A stretch of DNA of 59,301 bases from positions 1 to 59,301 of the forward strand of contig CAYNND010000004.1 in assembly GCA_964398775.1 (NCBI GenBank), in the 5' to 3' direction. The position numbers were made by a program, and so were the translations under genes. This DNA is from an uncultured Candidatus Saccharibacteria bacterium. GTDB lineage: Bacteria; Patescibacteriota; Minisyncoccia; Phycocordibacterales; UBA2100. The notes under the pieces are model-generated. The model was not told the origin of the DNA. It was given only the letters and a program-made list of their open reading frames with translations, and made no database searches. Of the stretch, positions 36,741 to 47,563 are shown piece by piece (the first letter of the stretch is position 1; the number at the start of each line of letters is the position of its first letter).

Positions 36741-36770
36741 AAAACCCCGCACAGCGGGGTTTTGTTTTGC
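36741..36770 (+). terminator. Intrinsic terminator after pilin 2
   Basis: aaaaccccgc-aca-gcggggtttt followed by gtttt. Confidence 0.8.
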
Positions 36771-36859
36771 ATTGAAAATGCATAAATGACAGAGTATGTT
36801 TTATTCAAGAAAAGTACATGCACAGTATGCAGAAATATTGCAGATGATATACTTGCGCC

Positions 36860-37648
36860 ATGGATTTCATCATGCCTGTGTATGTATTTTTCTTAGGAAC
36901 GATCATTGGAAGTTTTTTAAATGTTGTTATTTTCCGTGCGTATACGGGCAGAGGCTTGCACGGAAGAAGTAGCTGCGGGTCATGTGCGCGTGTCTTAGGT
37001 GCGATTGACCTCGTTCCACTGTTCTCATACTTTTTCCTACGAGGGCGTTGCAGAACATGTGGTTCAAAGATTTCATTGCAATATCCACTTGTAGAATTGG
37101 CAACAGGTGTTCTGTTTTATCTGTCATATGCGCATGCTCATACATCGTATGAACTTGTGACATTGCTCACGCTCTCAGTCCTCGGTGTGCTGATTTCTAC
37201 ATATGATATTCGACATACGGTTATCCCTGATGCGTGGAGTATCTTGTTCTCAATTACTGCGGTCGGCTGGCGTATCCCTGAGATTTTGAGTGGCGCGCTC
37301 TCCCTAGGGGATGTACTCCTTGCTGGTGCTGTCATGAGCGGTACTCTGTGGGCGGTCTGGTTTCTCAGTGACGGTAGATGGATTGGGTTTGGGGATGTAA
37401 AACTTATTTTTGGTGTCGGAGCACTCCTTGGAGTATTTGGTGGCTTCATGACGTTGTGGCTTTCGTGCATCATCGGCTCGCTTGTTGGTATGGCGATACT
37501 TGCTCGGCAGTATCTCACTGGGCGCTCAAAATATATAACCATGCAGACACAGCTCGCATTCGGCCCATTCATCCTTGCCTCAGTTGGGCTTATCCTCTTT
37601 GAGTATATCTCGCTCACACAACTGTGGAATCTCCTGTATATTGTGTAG
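36860..37648 (+). CDS. pilD: Prepilin peptidase (A24 family)
   Basis: CGSC...CRTCG zinc-finger region, SLQYPLVE and polytopic Asp-containing segments. Confidence 0.85.
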   Translation: MDFIMPVYVFFLGTIIGSFLNVVIFRAYTGRGLHGRSSCGSCARVLGAIDLVPLFSYFFLRGRCRTCGSKISLQYPLVELATGVLFYLSYAHAHTSYELVTLLTLSVLGVLISTYDIRHTVIPDAWSILFSITAVGWRIPEILSGALSLGDVLLAGAVMSGTLWAVWFLSDGRWIGFGDVKLIFGVGALLGVFGGFMTLWLSCIIGSLVGMAILARQYLTGRSKYITMQTQLAFGPFILASVGLILFEYISLTQLWNLLYIV

Positions 37649-37649
37649 T

Positions 37650-38249
37650 ATGAAGCGGCGTATACAGCAACGAGGATTTACTTTGATTGAGTTGCTTCTT
37701 GTGATGGGTATTCTTTCTATGGTCATGGCGACAGTCGTAAGCAATCACTCTCGCTTCGGTGGTAAAGTGTTGCTTCGTACATTAACCTACGACACAGCAC
37801 TCACCATACGCCAAGCACAGACATACGGTATTTCGGTGCGACAATCGACTACAACGTCAAGTCAAGAGTTCTTGGCAGGATACGGTATCAATTTTGAAAC
37901 AACAACACCGACATCATTTCGAATGTTTGCTGACACGTATTCAGATGGCGGTGTCTATACTGCGGGGAGTGACACAGTAATACAGACATACAATATCGGA
38001 AGAGGATATATCATCAGTGATTTGTGTGTCACAAATGGTCCGCTCTCAAGCCCGACTGCAAATGACTACGATTGTACAACTCCGAACCGCATCGACCTGT
38101 TGTTCAAGCGTCCGGAGCCGGATGCTGAAATACGTGTAAACCAAGTCAGTGGTACGCTGTATCCGAAAGCAAAGATTGAGCTGCGTTCTCCACGAGGAGA
38201 TATTCAAAGTATAATCGTCGAGGTGTCGGGTCAAATGTCAGTACAATAA
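37650..38249 (+). CDS. Minor pilin/pseudopilin
   Basis: From the ATG at 37650. QQRG then FTLIELLLVMGILSMV. Confidence 0.75.
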   Translation: MKRRIQQRGFTLIELLLVMGILSMVMATVVSNHSRFGGKVLLRTLTYDTALTIRQAQTYGISVRQSTTTSSQEFLAGYGINFETTTPTSFRMFADTYSDGGVYTAGSDTVIQTYNIGRGYIISDLCVTNGPLSSPTANDYDCTTPNRIDLLFKRPEPDAEIRVNQVSGTLYPKAKIELRSPRGDIQSIIVEVSGQMSVQ

Positions 38250-38257
38250 TAATCATC

Positions 38258-38881
38258 ATGGCAACACAGAGCACATATCGCAGGAGAGATACGAGAGGAT
38301 TTACTCTCATCGAGATGCTTGTGTCTGTTGCAATATTTACTGTAGTGATGGCTGTATCAACCATAGCGCTTCTTTCGATGGTGGATGCAAGTAAAAAAGC
38401 ACATGCACTCCAGTCTGTGATGTTCAACTTGAATGTTGCGGTTGATGGTATGGTGCGCTCGATTCGTATGGGTAGTGACTATCGACTCACAGCTGGGGGT
38501 ACGAGTGGGTCTTCATTTGAATTTTGCCCATTCGGCCGCCCAAACTGCTTCACAAGTGGTCACGCTGATGAGCCATATAAGATTCGCTACTATTGGGTGA
38601 ACAATATAGCTGATGCAAACCACCAACGAATCATGAAAGTGTATAAGCCTGCTGGTTTTGGAAGTTCTGTTACACTCCCGATCACTGCATCTGAAGTAAA
38701 AATTACATCACTCACGTTCTACTTAACTGGTACAACAGGGACAGGTGATAATACAACCCCGACGAACTATCAACCTCGTGTCATGATGATTATCCGAGGT
38801 ACTGCAGGTGATCAAAAGGTAAAAACAACCACAAACTTTGATATTCAGGCGAGCGCAACGCAGCGATTAATTGATATATGA
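38258..38881 (+). CDS. Minor pilin/pseudopilin
   Basis: DTRG then FTLIEMLVSVAIFTVVM. Confidence 0.75.
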   Translation: MATQSTYRRRDTRGFTLIEMLVSVAIFTVVMAVSTIALLSMVDASKKAHALQSVMFNLNVAVDGMVRSIRMGSDYRLTAGGTSGSSFEFCPFGRPNCFTSGHADEPYKIRYYWVNNIADANHQRIMKVYKPAGFGSSVTLPITASEVKITSLTFYLTGTTGTGDNTTPTNYQPRVMMIIRGTAGDQKVKTTTNFDIQASATQRLIDI

Positions 38882-39495
38882 GCATGAAACCACTTACACA
38901 GAAAGTACAGAAGGGTACGCGAGGTTTCTCAATGATTGAGACCTTGGTTGCAATTACGATGCTCACACTCGCGGTTTCAGCGCCACTTACACTTGCAGGA
39001 AGAAGTCTCATTGCGGCTAACTATGCGAAAGACCAAGTGACTGCTTTCAACCTCGCACAAGAGGCAATTGAAGTAGTACGTTCGCTCCGAGATAGACAGC
39101 TTATTTGTATCGCGCATGGCACAACAGTCGCTGGTGTATGCGCGCCAACTGACGATTGGCTCACGCATATAAAAGACGGCACAGGTACACTTGTCGGCAC
39201 AACAGCAAGTCCTATTATCTTTACTGTAAACACAAACACTGGCACGCTCTTGCGATGTAGTGGTTCATGTTCTCCGCTGAACTTTCAAGCAAGTACAGGT
39301 TTCTACACCTATGACAGTGGAGTAGGGTATACGGCATCACGGTTTACACGAACGGTGACCGTTACACGTCGTGACGCACCAGCTACGGGACAGGCAACCA
39401 TCCGCTCAGTGGTTACGTGGACATCAGGAGGTCTCGGTACACTTCGAACGGTCAGTATTGAGGAAGATATTTTGCAATGGGTACCTTCTATATAA
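38878..39495 (+). CDS. Minor pilin/pseudopilin
   Basis: GTRG then FSMIETLVAITMLTLAV. 4-nt overlap with the upstream gene. Confidence 0.75.
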   Translation: MSMKPLTQKVQKGTRGFSMIETLVAITMLTLAVSAPLTLAGRSLIAANYAKDQVTAFNLAQEAIEVVRSLRDRQLICIAHGTTVAGVCAPTDDWLTHIKDGTGTLVGTTASPIIFTVNTNTGTLLRCSGSCSPLNFQASTGFYTYDSGVGYTASRFTRTVTVTRRDAPATGQATIRSVVTWTSGGLGTLRTVSIEEDILQWVPSI

Positions 39496-39501
39496 GTCAG
39501 C

Positions 39502-40029
39502 ATGAAAACACAATTTAAAAAAAGAAAGGTACAACAGAGAGGGTTCACACTCTTTATTGCAGCCCTCGTGTCATCAGTTCTTCTTTCGCTTGCGATTTAC
39601 ATGGCAGGTATTGCGCAGAAAGAGTTGCTACTCACGAACCTTGCCCGAGAATCACAATATGCATTTTATGCAGCAGATGCTGGTGCTGAATGCTCTCTCT
39701 ATCTCGATTTTCAGGGACGCTACGAGCCAGGTACCGGACAGACTGCTATCCAGTGCGGTGGAGTACTTCTTACAAATCTCGCTGACAGTACTTCTACGGG
39801 AACGTATTCAACAGCACTCACAACATCTGCAAGTACACCAAGTGTGCGCTTGCAGTACCAACAAGCTGGCCGCTGCATCATTATGCATGTCTACAAGCTC
39901 GATGTAAGTCCGACCGATGGAATACTTGATGCAAATGGGACTATTATTGACTCTCGTGGATATAATACTGCATGTAGTCTTACAAACTCACCTCGACGCC
40001 TTGAGCGTGCTGTGCGTTTGCAGTACTAG
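39502..40029 (+). CDS. PilX/GspK-like minor pilin lacking Glu5
   Basis: QQRG then FTLFIAALVSSVLL. No Glu at +5, as in PilX-type tip pilins. Confidence 0.6.
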   Translation: MKTQFKKRKVQQRGFTLFIAALVSSVLLSLAIYMAGIAQKELLLTNLARESQYAFYAADAGAECSLYLDFQGRYEPGTGQTAIQCGGVLLTNLADSTSTGTYSTALTTSASTPSVRLQYQQAGRCIIMHVYKLDVSPTDGILDANGTIIDSRGYNTACSLTNSPRRLERAVRLQY

Positions 40030-40051
40030 TGTTCGCGGGATATAGTGGGGC

Positions 40052-43012
40052 ATGGAAGCACGCACTGCTGCGCATGCAATTACTGTCTCAACACGACGAG
40101 CATTTCTTACGAGCCACCCACTCCTCAAGAGTGCAGCGCATGTCATACCGCATGCACGCATCACCACTCTCAGTACTGTACAACTCTACGCGGTTGATGG
40201 TGATGTCTCACCTCAAACACTTGAAAAGCTTCGTGATATGGTGACACACCCAATCACAGAAGAGGGGGCAATCAATTCTGTTTCTACAACGCGCACAACT
40301 ACGTGCGCGTTTGTAGTTGGGTTTCTCCCTGGTGTGACTGATAACGTTGGGAAGACAGTCGAATCACTCCTTGCTGATATTGACCCGCGAGCGGCACAGC
40401 GGACACGCATCTACTCAAGTACGCTGTACTGTATTGAAGGGGATTGTAGTCAAGAAGATGCTGCACGACTTGCCGAGACAGTGTTCAATCCAGTCATTCA
40501 GTATGCGAAAGTGCTCACCAGCTCTGAGCTTGCACACTTCATACCCATCCCTGCTCGTGTTGCGCTTCATGAGACTGGAACATATACCGTCGTTGCGCTG
40601 CGCACACTTTCAGACGATGCGCTCACTCAACTTGGGAAACAAGGTATTCCAAATACTGATGGAACCACTCGAGGTCCACTTGCGCTCTCACTGCATGACA
40701 TGAAAACCATTCAGGCATATTTCATACGGGAGCGACGTGACCCAACTGATGTAGAACTCGAATCAATTGCACAAACGTGGTCAGAGCACTGCAAACATAC
40801 AATTTTCAGTGACCCAATCGGTAATATTTCAGAGGGTATCTATAGAAAGTATATTAAGGGTGCAACACAATATATTCGCAAGAAGAAAGGAGTGAAAGAT
40901 ATATGTGTTTCAGTATTTTCTGATAACGCGGGGGGCATCGCTTTTACCAAAGATTACTTGGTAACTCACAAAGTCGAAACACATAACTCGCCATCAGCGC
41001 TCGACCCTTTTGGAGGGGCAATCACAGGAATCGTCGGAGTAAATCGTGACACACTAGGCTTTGGGCTTGGGGCTAAACCAATCGCGAACGTGTATGGTTT
41101 TTGTGTTGGACATCCGCATGATGAGACGATGTACTATCGTGCACCACACAAAGGAAATCCACTGCTCTCTGCGTTGCGTATTCTTGACGGAGTAGTTAAA
41201 GGAGTAGGCTCAGGTGGAAACGAGAGTGGCATACCGACCCCTGTCGGTTTTGTAAGTGTCGATGCGCGGTATCGTGGAAAGCCACTTGTGTTTGCCGGAA
41301 CAGTGGGACTTATCCCACGGCGTATCGGGAAAAAACTTTCACATAAGAAAGCTGCGCAATCAGGTGACTATGTTGTTGTGGCAGGAGGCAGAGTTGGGCT
41401 TGATGGTATCCATGGAGCAACATTCTCATCTGAAGCACTTGAAAGTGGCTCACCAGCGACAGCAGTGCAAATCGGCGACCCTATCACACAGAAAAAACTT
41501 TCCGATGCGATGCTCACTGAGCTGCGTGATGCTGGGCTCTACACCTCCGTCACTGACAACGGTGCGGGAGGAATATCGTGTTCCGTTGCTGAAATGGCAA
41601 AGGAGTGTGGTGGTGCAATCGTCGATCTCAGTAAAGTTCCTACAAAGTACCCTGGGCTTGCGCCGTGGCAAATGTGGATTTCTGAATCACAAGAGCGCAT
41701 GACGTTTTCAGTGCCGAAGCGTTCATGGAGAGCATTTGAACGCATCATGAAGCGCTATGGTGCCGAAGCAGCTGTTATCGGAACTTTTACTAAGGAGAAA
41801 CGGTGTGTTGTCACAGTTGGAAAACGAACAGTGATGAATCTTTCAATGGAATTTTTGCATAATGGGCGTGTACCGCGTCAGCAGGTACTGCGAGAACCAG
41901 AATCTACAACCCCTGTGGCGCTGCCGAAAGATGCGCGCACACACCGTGAATCAATACTCGAATTGCTCAAAACTCCTGGAGTGGGTACCTATCTGCCAAT
42001 AACCGAACAGTATGACCATGAGGTGCAAGCGACGTCGGTAACAAAACCAGTACAAGGACCGGGCCGTGTGAATGCTGATGCAGGAGTACTCAAGCCGTTG
42101 CGGACATCGGAGCGAGGAGTTGTGCTGAGCGCATCACTCAGGCATTCACGAACACCAAAAGATGCATACGCGTTTTCTGCGCTCGCAATTGACGAGGCAA
42201 TCAGTAGTGCAATCGCAGCAGGAGCACATCTTGAAAGTATTGCACTTCTTGATAACTATTGCTGGTCAAGCAGTACACAACCTGAGCGTTTGTGGGAGCT
42301 CGTACAATCAACTCGTGCGTGTTATGAGATTGCAACGACATATCTGACACCGTTCATTTCAGGAAAGGACAGCATGTTCAATGATTTTAGAGGATACACA
42401 AGTGCTGGTGAGCCCATTCATATTGCGGCACCGCCAACACTTCTTATTTCCGCGATAGGTCAGATGGATTCTGTCATCCATGCGCAGACGCTCGATGTAA
42501 AAAACGCAGGTGACAGTATCTTTCTCCTTGGTGAGACGCAGGATGCACTCGCACTCAGTGAATACATGGTGATGCTTGGGGCACGTAGTGATACGTCATA
42601 TAGCGGTGCACGGCTCCCACATGTTGAAGCACAGAAGAATTCCCGACTCTACAGAGTCGCAGAGAGGTGTATCTCAAAAGGTTTCGTCAATGCAGCATAT
42701 GCACCAAACCGCGGCGGGCTCGCAGTCGCTCTTATGAAAATGGCCGTCGCAGGGAAGCGAGGTATCACGGTGCGCATTCCACATGTTACATCTACTGTGA
42801 ACTCACTCTTTGCTGAATGTGGCGGGAGAATTGTAGTCACTGTACCGAAGCGTCACGAAGTACGCTTCATAGCAGCGTGTAAGGGTATTACCTGTACAAA
42901 ACTTGGAACTGTCAGCGATGCTGAGATGTGCATATTTACTACAAAGGAAGGAGATATTCGGATTTCAGTTACAGAAGCGTATGAGTCATATATGAGCGCA
43001 CTAACGATATAA
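40052..43012 (+). CDS. purL: FGAM synthase PurL with ~200-aa N-terminal PurS-like extension
   Basis: 986 aa. Has SEHCKHTIF, two AIR-synthase-like repeats, and an N-terminal region with FLPGVTDNVGKTVESLL resembling PurS or the lgPurL N-domain. No separate purS in the window. Confidence 0.85.
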   Translation: MEARTAAHAITVSTRRAFLTSHPLLKSAAHVIPHARITTLSTVQLYAVDGDVSPQTLEKLRDMVTHPITEEGAINSVSTTRTTTCAFVVGFLPGVTDNVGKTVESLLADIDPRAAQRTRIYSSTLYCIEGDCSQEDAARLAETVFNPVIQYAKVLTSSELAHFIPIPARVALHETGTYTVVALRTLSDDALTQLGKQGIPNTDGTTRGPLALSLHDMKTIQAYFIRERRDPTDVELESIAQTWSEHCKHTIFSDPIGNISEGIYRKYIKGATQYIRKKKGVKDICVSVFSDNAGGIAFTKDYLVTHKVETHNSPSALDPFGGAITGIVGVNRDTLGFGLGAKPIANVYGFCVGHPHDETMYYRAPHKGNPLLSALRILDGVVKGVGSGGNESGIPTPVGFVSVDARYRGKPLVFAGTVGLIPRRIGKKLSHKKAAQSGDYVVVAGGRVGLDGIHGATFSSEALESGSPATAVQIGDPITQKKLSDAMLTELRDAGLYTSVTDNGAGGISCSVAEMAKECGGAIVDLSKVPTKYPGLAPWQMWISESQERMTFSVPKRSWRAFERIMKRYGAEAAVIGTFTKEKRCVVTVGKRTVMNLSMEFLHNGRVPRQQVLREPESTTPVALPKDARTHRESILELLKTPGVGTYLPITEQYDHEVQATSVTKPVQGPGRVNADAGVLKPLRTSERGVVLSASLRHSRTPKDAYAFSALAIDEAISSAIAAGAHLESIALLDNYCWSSSTQPERLWELVQSTRACYEIATTYLTPFISGKDSMFNDFRGYTSAGEPIHIAAPPTLLISAIGQMDSVIHAQTLDVKNAGDSIFLLGETQDALALSEYMVMLGARSDTSYSGARLPHVEAQKNSRLYRVAERCISKGFVNAAYAPNRGGLAVALMKMAVAGKRGITVRIPHVTSTVNSLFAECGGRIVVTVPKRHEVRFIAACKGITCTKLGTVSDAEMCIFTTKEGDIRISVTEAYESYMSALTI

Positions 43013-43013
43013 C

Positions 43014-43802
43014 ATGAAACACCCAAAGCAAAAAAAGGTGCGCGCAATTGTTCTCTCGGGTCTCGGACTTAATTGCGAGCATGAAACCGCGGCGTCTTGG
43101 AAGGACGTTGGTGTGGAGGCAGACATTGTGCATTTGCATGATGTACTCGAACGCCCGACACTCCTTCGCGCATATAACATACTGACAGTGCCCGGTGGAT
43201 TTTCATATGGAGATGATACGGGCTCGGGAAAGGCATATGGTACTCGACTTCGCGAAGTTGTAGGCCCTGAGCTCAGTCGGTTCCTAACACGCGAAACACT
43301 CGCGCTCGGAATTTGTAATGGATTTCAAATACTCACTCATGCGCAGCTCTTGCCAGGCGCACTTGTTCATAATGATGCGAGGCGGTATATCTGTAGATGG
43401 GTTGATGTGCAGGCATCTGGTGCGAGCCCATGGCTCTTTGGGGTAGATACACTTTCACTTCCCATAGCGCATGGTGAAGGTAAATACGTGCACACTGAAG
43501 CAGGCCTTGCCGATGTGCTCAATACGACGACTGAAGGAATGTTGCGCTATGTACAAGGACCCATGAGTACACTCCACAATCTGCCGTACAATCCAAACGG
43601 AGCGCTCCAGGACATCGCTGGACTCACGAGTCACAATGGTCGTGTCCTTGGGCTCATGCCACATCCTGAGCGAGGTTTCTTCTTTACCCATCGACCAGAT
43701 TGGACACGAGAACGTGATGCATACGAACTGGAAGGAAAGCCACTCCCACGGTATGCGGACGGGTATCGACTCTTTGAAAACGCAGCACGATTTTTTACAT
43801 AA
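43014..43802 (+). CDS. purQ: FGAM synthase glutaminase subunit PurQ
   Basis: GGFSYGDD, ICNGFQIL (catalytic Cys) and HGEG/HPE motifs. Confidence 0.85.
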   Translation: MKHPKQKKVRAIVLSGLGLNCEHETAASWKDVGVEADIVHLHDVLERPTLLRAYNILTVPGGFSYGDDTGSGKAYGTRLREVVGPELSRFLTRETLALGICNGFQILTHAQLLPGALVHNDARRYICRWVDVQASGASPWLFGVDTLSLPIAHGEGKYVHTEAGLADVLNTTTEGMLRYVQGPMSTLHNLPYNPNGALQDIAGLTSHNGRVLGLMPHPERGFFFTHRPDWTRERDAYELEGKPLPRYADGYRLFENAARFFT

Positions 43803-43804
43803 GT

Positions 43805-44932
43805 ATGAAACGGATTGGAATTGTTGGCGGCGGGCAGTTAGGGCGGATGCTCTCTGATGCTGCACACACACTTGGGTTTGCGGTTGTTACACTTGATGCG
43901 GGAACAGATGGACCTGCAGCGCAAATATCTGATGAACACATTGATGCGTCTTTCAAAAACGCTGATGCAATACAAAAACTTGCAGATATGGTTGATGTGC
44001 TTACTTTCGAAATCGAGTCAGTTGATGCAGATGCGCTACAATCAATCGCTTCACTTCGTCCAGAGGCAGTTCACCCGTCGCCCACGACACTACTCATCAT
44101 TCGTGACAAGTATGCTCAGAAGGAATACTTGAGAGCGCACGGGATTCCTGTTGCTGCAGCGCAGACTGTAGATTCAATTGAGTCAATCCGTGCTGCAGCC
44201 GAAGAATATGGGTATCCGATAGTTTTAAAATCTCGCTTTGGTGCATACGATGGTCGAGGCAATGCGCTTATTCGCACTGAGGCAGATATTCCTACAGCAT
44301 TTGAAACACTTGGTCGGATGAACCTGTATGTGGAACAGTTCGTGCCGTTTGTGAAAGAGCTCGCTGTGGTTGCTGCGCGAAGTACAACAGGAGAGTGTGC
44401 ACTCTATCCAGTTGTTGAGACAGTACATGAAAATCATATTTGCCATACAGTCACAATGCCAGCCCCAGTCTCGAGTACAATCGCAGAAGAAGCAGAACGA
44501 ATCGCATACAAAGTGCTCACGGCGCTCGGAGGAGCAGGAGTATTTGGTATCGAGTTGTTCCTTTGCGCGGACGATGTGATTCTCGTAAACGAAATTGCCC
44601 CCCGAGTGCACAATAGTGGACACATAACGATGGATGCATCGGCGACCTCTCAGTTTGAGCAGCACATCCGAGCTATTACTGGTATGCCACTTGGGGAAAC
44701 TGCACTGAAGGCCCCAGTTGCTGTCATGATAAACATCCTTGGTGAACGACAGGGCCTAGCAAACCCAGAAGGGATAGCTGAAGCAGAAGCGCTCGGTGAT
44801 GTTCGAGTGCACCTCTATGGAAAGAAAGAGACAAAACCTGCACGAAAAATGGGCCATATTAACGTGAAAGGGAAAAGTCATGCAGAGGCTCATGAAAAGG
44901 CGAAAAAAGCCCGCGCGCGTGTTACCATTTAG
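43805..44932 (+). CDS. purK: N5-carboxyaminoimidazole ribonucleotide synthase
   Basis: [16 protein letters not shown] and ATP-grasp motifs. Confidence 0.85.
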   Translation: MKRIGIVGGGQLGRMLSDAAHTLGFAVVTLDAGTDGPAAQISDEHIDASFKNADAIQKLADMVDVLTFEIESVDADALQSIASLRPEAVHPSPTTLLIIRDKYAQKEYLRAHGIPVAAAQTVDSIESIRAAAEEYGYPIVLKSRFGAYDGRGNALIRTEADIPTAFETLGRMNLYVEQFVPFVKELAVVAARSTTGECALYPVVETVHENHICHTVTMPAPVSSTIAEEAERIAYKVLTALGGAGVFGIELFLCADDVILVNEIAPRVHNSGHITMDASATSQFEQHIRAITGMPLGETALKAPVAVMINILGERQGLANPEGIAEAEALGDVRVHLYGKKETKPARKMGHINVKGKSHAEAHEKAKKARARVTI

Positions 44933-44933
44933 T

Positions 44934-45461
44934 ATGAATACATCAGCACCACTTGTAGGAATCGTTATGGGGTCAGATTCTGACCTCCCCGTGATGGCGG
45001 CCGCTGCTCAAATGCTTGAATCTCTATCAGTGCCATTTGAGCTGACTATTGTCTCTGCTCATCGGACACCTGAGCGACTTCGAGAGTATGCACAAGGCGC
45101 ATCAACTCGAGGACTCAAGGTAATTATCGCTGGCGCGGGTGGAGCAGCGCATCTTCCGGGAATGCTCGCTGCATTTTGTCAGCTCCCGATAGTCGGAGTG
45201 CCTGTGCAGACGAAAACACTTTCAGGTGTTGACTCACTGCATTCTATTGTACAGATGCCACCTGGAGTTCCAGTCGCGACCGTTGCGATTAATGGAGCAA
45301 AGAATGCTGGGATTCTCGCTGCGCAAATACTCGCACATGCTGATGCAGAACTTTTCTCGAGAATTGCAGCGTTTCGAGATACACAAGAGCAAGAAGTTAT
45401 GGCAAAAGCACAACGCCTAGAAGCTGAAGGATATACACAGTACTTAACACACCTCTCATGA
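44934..45461 (+). CDS. purE: N5-CAIR mutase
   Basis: From the ATG at 44934. Has [21 protein letters not shown] and [10 protein letters not shown]. Confidence 0.9.
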   Translation: MNTSAPLVGIVMGSDSDLPVMAAAAQMLESLSVPFELTIVSAHRTPERLREYAQGASTRGLKVIIAGAGGAAHLPGMLAAFCQLPIVGVPVQTKTLSGVDSLHSIVQMPPGVPVATVAINGAKNAGILAAQILAHADAELFSRIAAFRDTQEQEVMAKAQRLEAEGYTQYLTHLS

Positions 45462-46621
45462 AGCGAAAGCACGTAGAACAGTCAGTGTATGCTCGCGATG
45501 GCGTAAACATAAAACACGAATCTGACTTTTCGTCGGCAGCAGGAAACGTATGTAAGGCATCATATAAAAACTCTAAGTTTGTGAAGGTGCATGACTTGTC
45601 AGCCGGTTCGTTTCGAGGGCCACGACCATTTACACTCCAGAAGCTTCCGGCAGGTTACTTTACGGAAGTATCATCGGACGGTATCGGTACAAAAGGTGTA
45701 CTTGTAGATGCTGCACAGATGCATGAGAGTGCCGCATACGACTTAGTTGCGATGGTTTCAAGTGACATCACTCGCTATGGTGGTGTGCCACTCGTGCTTG
45801 CAAATATTCTCGACGTTGTTGCGGTTGGAGAACCAGGGAGCGCAGTTTCAGCGCAGTATCGAAAACTCCTCATTGGCCTCCATAGTGCAGCGAAGGAGTG
45901 CCGCGTTGTCGTACTGAAAGGCGAGACTGCGCAAATGGGCGTCTGTCTTGGCTCTGAAATACCTGACTCACTAACCCGCTTTAACTGGAGTGCAGTAATG
46001 GTCGGAGCCTACCACCCAAAGAAGATGATTACGGGAAAAACACTGAAAGCAGGGCAAGCCATTATTGCTCTCAAAGAACAAGGTTTTCGCAGTAACGGTA
46101 TAAGCTCGGTCCGTGCGGCATTCCGTGCACAGTATGGAGATGCCTGGTGGAAGAACCCGAAAGCAAAGGAAGATATTGCGCGAGCTGCAGCGCCTAGTAT
46201 CTTGTATGACACGTTCCTCGCAACACTAAATGGCTGGTTTGCACCTGCATGGAAAGCAGAAGTACGCGTGCACGCAATTGCACACCTCTCAGGTGGCGGT
46301 ATTAAAGAAAAACTTGGACATGACATACTCTGCAAGCGAGGACTTTCTGCAGAGTTTGATGGCCTATTTATGCCGCCTGACATCATGCGGCAGTGCAAGG
46401 CATGGCGAGGGATGAGTGACGCAGAGTTTTATACTGCATGGAATGGCGGGCAAGGTATGTTGCTCGTCGTCGATGAGGCAGATGTAAAAAAAGTATGCAG
46501 TCGTGCGAAAACTTTTGGGATTGAGGCACAGCGTGCAGGGCGAATCACAAAAGAAAAAACGCCAACCATCCACATCAAGACACCGTGGAATACAAACGTT
46601 GTTTATAAGCTTACATCATAA
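45458..46621 (+). CDS. purM: AIR synthase-like protein
   Basis: SSDGIGTKG and the AIRS N- and C-domain layout. Somewhat longer than typical PurM. Confidence 0.75.
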   Translation: MKRKHVEQSVYARDGVNIKHESDFSSAAGNVCKASYKNSKFVKVHDLSAGSFRGPRPFTLQKLPAGYFTEVSSDGIGTKGVLVDAAQMHESAAYDLVAMVSSDITRYGGVPLVLANILDVVAVGEPGSAVSAQYRKLLIGLHSAAKECRVVVLKGETAQMGVCLGSEIPDSLTRFNWSAVMVGAYHPKKMITGKTLKAGQAIIALKEQGFRSNGISSVRAAFRAQYGDAWWKNPKAKEDIARAAAPSILYDTFLATLNGWFAPAWKAEVRVHAIAHLSGGGIKEKLGHDILCKRGLSAEFDGLFMPPDIMRQCKAWRGMSDAEFYTAWNGGQGMLLVVDEADVKKVCSRAKTFGIEAQRAGRITKEKTPTIHIKTPWNTNVVYKLTS

Positions 46622-46623
46622 CC

Positions 46624-47535
46624 ATGTCAGGACTCGATGCCATAGGCACAAAAAAAGAAGTATTTGTCCGAGGTTCTCTTATCGCTGAAGGTAAAACGAA
46701 GAAAATTTTTGCGGTGGAAGGGAATGAAGGTCTTGCTGTTGTTGAGTATAAAAATGATATTACAGCATTTGATAACCCTGACTTTACAAAGCAGTTCGAA
46801 ACAAAAGCCGCCTATTCAAATACAACTAACGCAGCAGTATTTGCAATGCTACACGATGCGGGTATACCAACAGGCTTCAAAAAGAAAATATCAGATACGG
46901 AGTTCGTAACTGAGAAGTGCGCCATGATACCACTTGAAGTTGTTGCACGTCGCTTTGCAGTCGGAAGCTATCTCAATCGTCACCCTGAGTATAAAAAAGA
47001 AACTGGGGAAGAGCCACACCGCTTCGATGATATTGTCGCTGAGTTTTTCTTGAAAACAACAAAAGGTGGACTTGCAGATGCGTCAGGCGCGATTGTCTCT
47101 GGGCTTGACCCACTCAAGGGTGAGGAGGACCCCTACATTGAGAATCCATTTGATGCGGAGTGGAACTTATTGCATCCAAAAAAGGAGGCATCGGAGGCGT
47201 CACTTGGGAGGCGAATAGATGCTACACGCGTCGCACATCCTGAACGTATGAAAGAAATGGAGTCACTTGTAAAGCGAACTTTTGCAGTGCTCGAGTCGTT
47301 TTTCGCGAAGCATGATTTCAAATTCATTGATTTTAAAATTGAGTTCGGCATAACTCCCGAAGGAAGACTTGTTGTTGCAGATGTGATTGATAATGACTCG
47401 TGGCGCCTCCGTGATCAGAACTGGGAGGATTTGAGTAAGCAATCGTTTCGGGACGGTCAGCCACTCTCAGAAGTTGAAGCAAAGTACGGCCGTGTTGCGA
47501 GGCTACTCGAGGGTCACGATGTTGGGTCTCGATAA
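46624..47535 (+). CDS. purC: SAICAR synthetase
   Basis: EGKTKKIF P-loop-like start and the LIDFKIEFG motif. Confidence 0.85.
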   Translation: MSGLDAIGTKKEVFVRGSLIAEGKTKKIFAVEGNEGLAVVEYKNDITAFDNPDFTKQFETKAAYSNTTNAAVFAMLHDAGIPTGFKKKISDTEFVTEKCAMIPLEVVARRFAVGSYLNRHPEYKKETGEEPHRFDDIVAEFFLKTTKGGLADASGAIVSGLDPLKGEEDPYIENPFDAEWNLLHPKKEASEASLGRRIDATRVAHPERMKEMESLVKRTFAVLESFFAKHDFKFIDFKIEFGITPEGRLVVADVIDNDSWRLRDQNWEDLSKQSFRDGQPLSEVEAKYGRVARLLEGHDVGSR

Positions 47536-47563
47536 AGAATACTCACGACTGCTATGGTAGAGT

